Below, one piece after another: positions 35,170 through 45,688 of a stretch of DNA of 64,000 bases (positions are counted from its first letter, which is position 1; every line of letters starts with the position of its first letter). Source of the stretch: Macrostomum lignano. Its lineage: Eukaryota. A program made the position numbers and the translations under genes. The stretch spans positions 36,878 to 100,877 of the forward strand of contig NIVC01003378.1 of the NCBI GenBank assembly GCA_002269645.1. The letters are read 5' to 3'. The notes beneath the pieces were generated by a model. That model was not told where the DNA came from, did no database searches, and saw only the letters and a list, made by a program, of their open reading frames with translations.

Positions 35170-36080
35170 GGATGCTTGCTATTTGGGGATGCTATCTATC
35201 TTGGGGATGCTTGCTATCTGGGGGATGCTTGCTATCTGGGGGATGCTTGCTATCTGGGGGATGCTTGCTATCTGGGGGATGCTTGCTATCTGGGGGATGC
35301 TTGCTATCTGGGGGATGCTTGCTATCTGGGGATGCTTGCTATCTGGGGGATGCTTGCTATCTGGGGGATGCTTGCTATCTGGGGGATGCTTGCTATCTGG
35401 GGGATGCTTGCTATCTGGGGATGCTTGCTATCTTGGGGATGCTTGCTATCTTGGGGATGCTTGCTATCTGGGGGATGCTTGCTATCTGGGGGATGCTTGC
35501 TATCTGGGGATGCTTGCTATCTGGGGGATGCTTGCTATCTGGGGGATGCTTGCTATCTGGGGGATGCTTGCTATCTGGGGGATGCTTGCTATCTGGGGGA
35601 TGCTTGCTATCTGGACGATGCTTGCTATCTGGGGGATGCTTGCTATCTGGGGGATGCTTGCTATCTGGGGATGCTTGCTATCTGGGGGATGCTTGCTATC
35701 TGGGGGATGCTTGCTATCTGGACGATGCTTGCTATCTGGACGATGCTTGCTATCTGGGGGATGCTTGCTATCTGGGGGATGCTTGCTATCTGGGGGATGC
35801 TTGCTATCTGGGGGATGCTTGCTATCTGGGGATGCTTGCTATCTGGGGGATGCTTGCTATCTGGGGGATGCTTGCTATCTGAGGGATGCTTGCTATCTTG
35901 GGGATGCTTGCTATCTGGGGATGCTTGCAATCTGGGGGATGCTTGCTATCTGGGGGATGCTTGCTATCTGGGGGATGCTTGCTATCTAGGGGATGCTTGC
36001 TATCTGGGGGATGCTTGCTATCTAGGGGATGCTTGCTATCTAGGGGATGCTTGCTATCTGGGGGATGCTTGCAGTCTTGG
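35170..36080. repeat. 17/18-bp minisatellite ggggatgcttgctatctg (about 50 copies)
   Basis: Direct inspection. Confidence 0.95.
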
Positions 36081-36618
36081 GATGATTTCTTTTTGCAATG
36101 CACTTCATTTGAGCAGTTTGTCTGTTGTCTTTTTGAAGGATTTTTGGCTGTCTTTTTGTTACTTGTAGAAAACAGAGATTCTATCCAGATGTCCCCCATC
36201 GTCTTATATACTAAATCTCTAATCTATGTCTGTCTGTCCGTGTAAAACGCTCTACAGACTGCAATTCTTGACCAATTTTGATTGCGTTTTCACCAAAAAG
36301 TTGCAACTCAACCAAGGATTGTATGGTTAACATTTCTTTTATCTGCTTCAATTCTAAAGGTCTTAAATATTCAAAAAACTGTATTTTCCCTATCTAATTA
36401 GTGTATTTTTCTCGCAGTGAGAGCTCGAAAAATAATAATACGTCTATGGCCATAGACTAAACTTTAACTTCTTGAGCTGATGCTACGAGCTATAAATAAT
36501 TAAATTATTCGCAAGCTTCAGAGTATGCACGTGGGAGATAAAAATATATTAAATTAATTTTCATTTATTTTTAGCTTGTGCCTGGACTAATCGAACATTT
36601 TTTGATTAAAAGCAACTA

Positions 36619-38626
36619 CTAGCAATTTAAGCCCCCCGTTGGGGGACGCAAGAATGACGCCAAGTGGTTTTTATTTTGGCCAATGAGTAATAACCTTACT
36701 TATTATTCAAAATCCATTAATCAAAACTTACTTTTTCTCATTTTTGGCAAAAATAAATTGCCATGAATCAAAACCTTCACCAGCCAAAGGCTAACTGGGA
36801 GGAATTGCTGAGATGTCAAGGCTTACTGGGGAATTACTGAGATGTCAAGGCTTACTGAGGAAATTACTGAGATGTGAATGCTTACTTGGGGGAATTGCTG
36901 CGATGTCGAGGCTTACTGGGGAAATTTCTGAGACTTCAAGGCTTACTGGGGGAATTTCTGAGATTTCAAGGCTTACTCAGGAAATTGCTGAGATTTCAAG
37001 ACTTTCTTGGATGAATTGCTGAGTTGTCAAGGCTTACTAGGGGAATTTCTGAGATTTCAAGGTTTACTGGGGGAATTGCTGAGTTGTCAAGGCTTACTAG
37101 GGGAATTTCTGAGATTTCAAGGTTTACTGGGGGAATTGCTGAGTTGTCAAGGCTTACTGGGAGAATTGCTGAGACTTCAAGGCTTACTGGGGGAATTTCT
37201 GAGATTTCAAGGCTTACTGGGGGAATTGCTGAGTTGTCAAGGCTTACTAGGGGAATTTCTGAGATTTCAAGGTTTACTGGGGGAATTGCTGAGTTGTCAA
37301 GGCTTACTGGGAGAATTGCTGAGACTTCAAGGCTTACTGGGGGAATTTCTGAGATTTCAAGGTTTACTGGGGGAATTGCTGAGTTGTCAAGGCCTACTGG
37401 GAGAATTGCTGAGACTTCAAGGCTTACTGGGGGAATTTCTGAGATTTCAAGGTTTACTGGGGGAATTACTGAGACTTCAAGGCTTACTGGGGGAATTTCT
37501 GAGATTTCAAGGTTTACTGGGGGAATTGCTGAGTTGTCAAGGCTTACTGGGGGAATTGCTGCAATCTCGAGGCTTACTGGACTGGGAGAATTGCGTAGAT
37601 GCCAAGGCTCGAGTTTAATTGCTGCAATGTCAAGGCTCACTGGGGGGATTTCTGAGATGTCAAGGCTTAATGGGGTAATTGCTGCGATGTCGAGGCTTAC
37701 TGGGGAAATTGCTGAGATTTCAAGGCTTACTGGGGGAATTTCTGAGATTTCAAGGCTTACTCAGGAAATTGCTGAGATTTCAAGGCTTTATTGGATGAAT
37801 TGCTGAGTTGTCAAGGCCTACTGGGGGAATTGGTGAGTTGTCAAGGCCTACTGGGGGAATTGCTGAGTCTTCAAGGCTTACTGGGGGAATTTCTGGGATT
37901 TCAAGGTTTACTGTGGGAATTGCTGAGTTGTCAAGGCTTACTGGGGAATTGCTGAGATGTGAAGGCTTACTGGGGGAATTGCTGAGTTGTCAAGGCCTAC
38001 TGGGGGAATTGTGAGAAGTCAAGACTTACTGGAGGAATTACTGAGATTCGAGACTTACTGGGGAATTACTGAGACTTCAAGGCTTACTGGGGGAATTGCT
38101 GAGATTTCAAGGCTTTCTTGGATGAATTGCTGAGATGTCAAGGCTTACTGGGGAAATTGCTTAGACTTCAAGACTTACTGGAAGAATAACTGAGATTCGA
38201 GACTTACTGGGGAGTTACTGAGATTTCAAGGCTTACTGGGGGGAATTGCTGAGATGTCAAGGCTTACTGAGAGGAATTGCTGAGATGTCAAGGCTTACTG
38301 GGGAAATTATTGAGATGTTATCAAGGCTTATGGCATATTGAGCTCCTGCTGCGGACCAGAATATGCCCAGGCCAATGACGATATGCCCTAAGAGTTTGTG
38401 CTTGAAAGGATAAGTACTATTTGCTGAATGAGAAAGGGTTTTGGGCTGATGAAGGAAACTTTGGCTGGTGAAGGCTTTGATTCATGGCAATTTGTTTTTG
38501 CCAAAAATTTGAAAAAGTAGGTTTTGATTGGATTTTGAATAATAAGTAAGGTGATTACTCATTGGCCAAAATAAAAACCACTTGGCGTCATTTTTGCGCC
38601 CCCCATCGGGGGGCGAAGATTGCTAG
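36619..38626. mobile_element. Fold-back unit: about 170-bp inverted arms, each ending in a Helitron-type hairpin+CTAG, flanking a 30-bp satellite
   Basis: 36619-36789 is the reverse complement of 38459-38626. Confidence 0.8.
36790..38330. repeat. 30-bp minisatellite tcaaggcttactgggggaattgctgagatt (about 50 copies)
   Basis: Direct inspection. Confidence 0.95.
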
Positions 38627-39214
38627 TCCTATATACTAAAAATGAGTTGTCTGTATGTGGGTAGGTATGCGATAGATTTCAGAAAAAATGGCTCAACCGA
38701 TTTTCTTCAAACTTGCACCATTTGATCAGAAATTTTCCTGGGACAGTACATGCATCTTGGCTAAGAAATTTCTCAATTTTAAAGGGATTAAATATTCGAA
38801 AAACATGCTTTTTTGCAAAGGTCAAGCAGCTCTTTCGACCTGAAATGCATTGTAAAAATGCTAGAGAAAAAACTGACTGACTGAATTCCAATTGTGATAA
38901 GGATTACATCACAACCAGTTGAAAACAGTGCTGAAGAAATGCACACAAAACTTGATTTAAATTGCGTAACAATATTGCTAACTTAAATTGACACTGATAC
39001 TGGCTGACTGAGAAATTGATTATGTCATAACTTTTTACTCTAACCGATTTGCTATAAGAATTAAATTATAAGGGCCACAATTCAAGACAAGAGATAGCAT
39101 AGATGCGAACAGACTGGACTGCTAATGCTGCGACCTGGGTTCGAATCTTAGTAGTGCAAAAAGATTTTTTTATTCAAAAACCTTAAAAACACAAAATGCT
39201 AAACACAAAAAAGC

Positions 39215-41350
39215 ACAATGTCAAACATTAAAGAGCCACCATGTCAAACATTAAAGAGCCACCATTTCAAACCTAAAAGAGCCACCATGTCGAACATTAA
39301 AGAGCCACCATGTCAAACATTAAAGAGCAACCAGGTCAAACATATACATGACTCCATGTCGAACATTGAAGAGCCACCATGTCGAACATTAAAGGGCCAC
39401 CATGTCAAATATTAAAGGGCCACCATGTCAAATATTAAAGAGCCACCATGTCAAACATTAAAGAGCCACCAGGTCAAACATGAAAGTGCCACCATGTCTA
39501 ACATTAAAGAGCCACCATGGCAAAAATATACATGACTCTATGTCGAACATTCAAGAGCTACCATGTCAAACATATACATGACTCCATGTCAAACATTAAA
39601 GAGACACTATGTCAAACATTAAAGAGCCACCAGGTCAAACATGAAAGTGCCACCATTTAACACATTAAAGAGCCACCATGTCGAACATTTAAGAACCACC
39701 ATGTCAAACATAAAATAGCCACCATGTGAAACATATACGTGACTCCATGTAAAACATTAAAGAGCTACCATTTCAGACATATACATGACTCCATGTCAAA
39801 CATATACGTGACTCCATGTTAGACATTAAAGAGCCACCATGTCGAACATTAAAGAGCCAACATGTTAAAAATACAAGAGCCACCATGTCAAACATATACG
39901 TGACTCCATGTCAAACATTGAAGAGACACCATGTCGAACATAAAAGAGCCACCATGCAAAACATAAAAGAGCCACCATGTCTAACATTAAAGAGCCACCA
40001 TGGCAAACATATACATGACTCCATGTCAAACATTGAAGAGCCACCATGTTAAACATATACATGACTCCATGTCAAACATTAAAGAGACACTATGTCAAAC
40101 ATTAAAGAGCCACCATGTCAAACATATACATGACTCCATGTTGAACATTCAAGAGCTACCATGTCAAACATATACATGACTCCATGTTGAACATTCAAGA
40201 GCTACCATGTCAAACATATACATGACTCCATGTCAAACATTGAAGAGCCACCATGTCGAACATAAAAGGGCCACCATGTCAAATATTAAAGAGCCACCAT
40301 GTTAAACATTAAAGAGCCACCATGTCGAACATTTAAGAACCACCATGTCAAACATAAAATAGCCAACATGTGAAACATATACGTGATTCCATGTAAAACA
40401 TTAAAGAGCTACCATATCAGGCATATGCATGACTCCATGTCAAACATATAACGTGACTCCATGTTAGAAAATTAAGAGCCACCATTTCGAACATTAAAGA
40501 GTCAACATGTTAAAAATACAAGAGCATCCATGTCAAACATATACATGACTCCATGTCAAACATTGAAGAGACACCATGTCGAACATAAAAGAGCCACCAT
40601 GTCTAACATTAAAGAGCCACCATGTCAAACATATACATGACTCCATGTCAAACATTAAAGAGACACTATGTCAAACATTAAAGAGCCACCATGTCGAACA
40701 TTTAAGAGCCACCATGTCAAACATATACATGACTCCATGTCGAACATTACAGAGCCACCATGTCAAAGATAAAAGAGCCACCATGTCAAACATAAAAGAG
40801 CCACCATGTTCAATATTAAAGAGCCACCAGGTCAAACATGAAAGTTCCACCATGTAAAACATTAACGAGCCACCATGTAAAACATATACGTAACTCCATG
40901 TCAAACATTGAAGCGACACCATGCCGAACATAAAAGAGCCACCATGTCGAACATAAAAGAGCTACCATGTCAAACATTAAAGAGCCACCATGTCTAACAT
41001 TAAAAAGCCACCATGTCCAACATTAAAGAGCCACCATGTCAAAAAGTAAAGAGCCACCTTTTTGAACATTAAAGAGCCACCATGTCAAACATAATAGAGC
41101 CACCATGTCAAACATAATAGAGCCACCATGTCAAACATAATAGAGCCACCATGTCAAACATTAAAAAGCCACTTTGTCAAACATAGAAGAGCCCCCATGT
41201 CAAACATAGAAGAGCCCCCATGTCAAACATAGAAGAGCCACCATGTCAGACATTGAAAAGCCACCGTATCAAACATAAAAGAGTTACCATGTACGAGCGT
41301 AGAACAAAAAAGAGCCACAATGTATAACATAAAAGAGCCACCCTGTTAAA
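39215..41350. repeat. 23-bp minisatellite, second array (about 90 copies)
   Basis: Same monomer as 33315-35090. Confidence 0.95.
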
Positions 41351-41454
41351 CATAAAAGATACACAATTTCAAACGTAAAAGTAAGCGAATTTTAAAGGAG
41401 CCGCTATAATGCTAAGGAAATTGTCGCACTAGCTACTTATTGTCTGGTGGATGC

Positions 41455-41790
41455 TTACTATTTGGGGATGCTATCTATCTTGGGGATGCTTGCTATCTTG
41501 GGGATGCTTCTATCTGGGGGACGCTTGCTATCTGGGGATGCTTGCTATCCGGGGGATGCTTGCTATCTGGGGGATGCTTGCAATCTGGGGGATGCTTGCT
41601 ATCTGAGGGATGCTTGCTATCTGGGGGATGCTTGCTATCTTGGGGATGCTTGCTATCTGAGGGATGCTTGCTATCTGGGGGATGCTTGCTATCTGGGGGA
41701 TGCTTGCTATCCGGGGGATGCTTGCTATCTGGGGGATGCTTGCTATCTGGGGGACGCTTGCTATCTGGGGGATGCTTGCGGTCTTGGGAT
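41455..41790. repeat. 18-bp minisatellite, second array
   Basis: Same monomer as 35170-36080. Confidence 0.93.
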
Positions 41791-42416
41791 GATTTCTTTT
41801 TGCAATGCACTTCATTTGAGCAGTTTGTCTGTTGTCTTTTTGAAGGATTTTTGGCTGTTTTTTTGTTACTTGTAGAGAACAGAGATTCTATCCAGATGTC
41901 CCCCATCGGGGGGCGAAGATTGCTAGTCTAAATATACTAATCTTATATACTAAAAATGAGTTGTCTGTGGGTAGGTAGGTATGCGATAGATTCCAGAAAA
42001 AATGGCTCAACCGATTTTTTTCAAACTTGCACCATTCGATCAGAAATTTTCCTGGGACGGTACATGCATCTTGGCTAAGAAATTGCTCAAGGTTAAAGGG
42101 ATTAAATATTCTAAAAACATGCTTTTTTGCAAAGGTCAAGCAGTTCTTTCGACCTGAAATGCATTGGAAGAATACTAGAGAAAAAACTGACTGACTAAAT
42201 TCCAATTGTGATAAGGATTACATCACAACCAGTTGAAAACAGTGCCGAAGAAATGCACACAAAACTTGATTGAATTTGCATAACCAATATTGCTAACTTA
42301 AATTAAGACTGATACTGGCTGACTGAGAAATTGATTATGTCATAACTTTTTACTCTAACCGATTTGTTATAAGAATTTAATTATAAGGGCCACAATTCAA
42401 GTTCTCCAATTGACAA

Positions 42417-42483
42417 GAGATAGCATAGATGCAAACAGACTGGACTGCTAATGCAGCGACCTGGGTTCGAATCTTAGTAGTGC
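42417..42483 (+). other. tRNA-derived (Ser-GCT-like/SINE-head-like) segment in the Helitron 5' block; also at about 33206-33270 and 39091-39157
   Basis: A-box-like TAGCATAGATG, tggaCTGCTAAtgca anticodon-like arm, ctgggTTCGAATcttag T-arm/B-box; acceptor stem does not pair. Confidence 0.6.
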
Positions 42484-42544
42484 AAAAAGATTTTTTTATT
42501 CAAAAACCTTAAAAACAGAAAAAGCTAAACACAAAAAATGCACA

Positions 42545-43360
42545 ATGTCAAACATTAAAGAGCCATCATGTCAAACATTAAAGAGCCATCATGTCAAACA
42601 TTAAAGAGCCATCATGTCAAACATTAAAGAGCCATCATGTCAAACAATAAAGAGCCACCATGTCAAACAATAAAGAGCCACCATGTCAAACATAAAACAG
42701 TCACCATGTCAAACATAAAAGAGCCACCATGTCAAACATATATGTGACTCCATGTCAAACAGTAAAGAGCCACCATGTCAAGCATAAAAGAGCCACCATG
42801 TCAAGCATAAAAGAACCACCATGTCGAACATAAAAGAGCCACCATGTCAAACATTAAAGAGCCGCAATGTCAAACATTAAAGAGCCGCAATGTCAAACAT
42901 TAAAGAGCCATCATGTCTAACATTAAAGAGCCACCATGTCTAACATTAAAGAGCCACCATGTCGAAAATTAAAAAGCCATCATGTCTAACATTAAAGAGC
43001 CCCCATGTCTAACATTAAAGAGCCACCATGTCGAACATTAAAGAGCCACCATGTCTAACATTAAAGAGCCACCATGTCAAAAATTAAAGAGCCACCATGT
43101 CGAACATTAAAGAGCCACCATGTCAAACATTAAAGAGCCACCATGTCTAACATTAAAGAGCCACCATGTCGAACATTAAAGAGCCACCACGTAAAACATT
43201 AAAGAGCCACCATGTCAAACATAAAAGAGCCACCATGTCAAACATATATGTGACTCCATGTCAAACATAAAAGAGCCACCATGTCAAACATTAAAGAGCC
43301 ACCATGTCAAACATAAAACAGCTACCATGTTAAACATAAAAGAGCCACCATGTCAAACAT
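42545..43360. repeat. 23-bp minisatellite, third array (about 35 copies)
   Basis: Same monomer. Confidence 0.93.
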
Positions 43361-43469
43361 AAAATTTACACAATTTCAAACGTAAAAGTAATCGTCATGC
43401 TAATTTTAAAGGAGCCACTATAGAGCTAAGGAAATTGTAGAACTAGCTACTTATTATATGGTGGATGCT

Positions 43470-43690
43470 TACTATTTGGGGATGCTTGCTATCTGGGGGA
43501 TGCTTGCTATCCGGGAGGGGGGATGCTTCCTATCTGGGGGATGCTTGCTATCCGGGAGGGGGGATGCTTCCTATCTGGGGGATGCTTGCTATCTGAGGGA
43601 TGCTTGCAATCTGGGGGATGCTTGCTATCTGGGGGATGCTTGCAATCTGGGGGATGCTTGCTATCTGGGGGATGCTTGCTGTCTTGGGAT
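43470..43690. repeat. 18-bp minisatellite, third array
   Basis: Same monomer. Confidence 0.9.
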
Positions 43691-44039
43691 GATTTCTTTT
43701 TGCATTACACTTTATTTGAGCAGTTTGTCTGTCGTCTTTGTGAAGTCTTTATTTGGCTGTCTTTTTGTTACTTGTAGAGAACAGAGATTCTATCCAGATG
43801 TCCCCCAACGGGGGGCGAAGATTGCTAGTTTGATCTCTATAAATATATTGTGAGCGAGATGTGTATCTCTGAGCTCAAAAGCTTCAATCAAACGAAACTC
43901 TCTGTGTCAATTAGAACACAACAGCACCCTCACTAAAAACAGTAATAAAAGCTACAAGACAAGCTTCTTCATCTACGATGAGTGTAATATAGAGCTAGAG
44001 CTAGCCTTTTCTAGCTCTCAGAAATTTGATAACGGATGA

Positions 44040-44260
44040 TAACATGCATGCTTTTGGCATCCATCTGGCAGACTTTTTGGACAGACCAAGATCCTCGTGC
44101 AGAATATTGAATGCTGTCCCTTGTGTCATAAGCTCCGCTCCCACATCTGTAACAATCACGAAAAGTTTGCTGAGAGACTGAAAATTTTTCCGGAGGTATT
44201 GTTTGTTGATGAAAGTGTCACTCTGATGTTCGATTTGTGTTGTAAATTCTCGCCATTGAA
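44040..44260 (-). pseudogene. Mariner-type transposase relic
   Basis: GTAFNILHEDLGLSKKSARWMPK resembles the mariner IL...LG..K..ARWVP motif; frameshifted. Confidence 0.6.
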
Positions 44261-44729
44261 GACGGAAACGGTGAAAGTGAGGTTGTTGTGTTTTGTTCCT
44301 GGAATCAGAGACCAAATGCGCGATAACTGCTGTCGTCGACAAACAATGCAGCTAGGAGCCCTGGACACTGCCGGCGGTGCGCGGCCTACGCTTAGCGCCC
44401 AGGCCCTGAAACACGCCCTGTTAGGTGTGACATTGCATGTCACAAGCATGACTGGCTGACAACGGATATTTTGTAGTTATTGAACTAAGAACTCTGTACG
44501 AGTACAATACATATTACGTACATTAATTAATATTCAACAATTGAGCAATTTAAAAACTCTCTGGCGTGAAAAAAATAATTGTGAAATCCCGATTCAAGTA
44601 TTACAGAATGTGTAAAGAATATACATACATGTAGGTTGTATGTAATAATGTAATATGAATGATAATATTCGGCTCGTACGTAACTATTAGATGCACATGT
44701 ACATCTACTACGAGCTACATGTCTATATA

Positions 44730-45667
44730 TTTATAGTTATTGATGGGTTTTGGCCTTTTCGGCTCCCTTGCGGGAAGCCTTCGGCAGGTCTCAGAAATAA
44801 ATCAATTAGAGTCCCGGCCTCCCACTCCAGTCAGATTGGTCTGTGGCGTCCCGCAAGGGAGTCCGCAATGGTCAGCCCCATGGTAGCTTGATCTGTGGCG
44901 AGCAGTCTAGGTCCTATATAGCTAAGAGAGGGACAGCGAGAGACAATTGCAGGGAGAATTTTGAAGGTAGAGATCAGCTAATCCACATATTAACTATAAC
45001 CCGCTGCCACCAGCCCGTGCGAGATCGAAATTCGACTTTCGAAATCGGGCTTCCGCCTAGAAGGGGCTTAGCGCTTACCTTGCCAACTAGTGTCTTTTTG
45101 CTGTCAATCTCGAAGTCATAGCCGATGTTAATTGGGACACTGCTGGGACTTGATCGCATTGGCCATGAAGGTACAGAGGGGACTCGTTCAGGGGATTCTT
45201 GCAGTGGCGGGACTATATGGGATAGCTACATGTATGATGGGTTCGGCCTTTTTAAGCCTCGCTGTAGCTTCGGGCCTCAGAACTCAGAAATGAATCACTT
45301 AAAGCTCTGGCCTCTCACTCCTGTCAGATGGTCAGCCCCGTGGTAGCTAGATTGTGGGCGAGCAGCAAGGTCCTATAGCTAAGAGAAGACAGCGAGACAA
45401 GCAGCGGAGAATTTGAAAGGTAGAGATTAGCTAATCCACAGATTAACTATCCCGCTGCCACCAGTCCGTGCGCTCCGGCTCGCCAATTAACCGGAGCTAT
45501 CGAAATCGGACTTCCAACTAGAGGGGCACTGCACTTACCTGCCATCTAGTGTCTTTTAGCTGTTTATATCTCGAAGTCATAGCCGAATGGAAGGGACGCT
45601 GCTGGGACTAGGATCGCATTGGCCATGCAGGGACGAGAGGACTTTTGCAGGGGGTTCTTGCGCTGGC
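44730..45667. repeat. Two diverged tandem copies of a roughly 500-bp block X (44730-45231 and 45232-45667); inverted copy at about 51287-51750
   Basis: Shared ggtcagccc.tggtagct, gctaagaga, cgctgccacca, tagtgtcttt, gatcgcattggccatg motifs. Confidence 0.85.
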
Positions 45668-45688
45668 GAGCCTTTATACACTACTAAA

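Larger units (their letters stand above)
32569..43828 (+). mobile_element. Head-to-tail array of non-autonomous Helitron-like units
   Basis: Starts TC(C/T)TATATACTAAA at 32569, 32731, 36201, 38627 and 41927/41941; ends tcccc(a/t)cgggggg hairpin + aagattgCTAG at 38626, 41926 and 43828; shared 5' block, linker and 3' block. Confidence 0.85.

Noticed and set aside
33315-43690. Regular 23-, 18- and 30-bp repeats as CRISPR arrays or repeat-protein genes
   Set aside because: Contiguous monomers with no unique spacers, no cas genes, eukaryotic context; frame-shifting 17/18- and 23-bp periods argue against coding.
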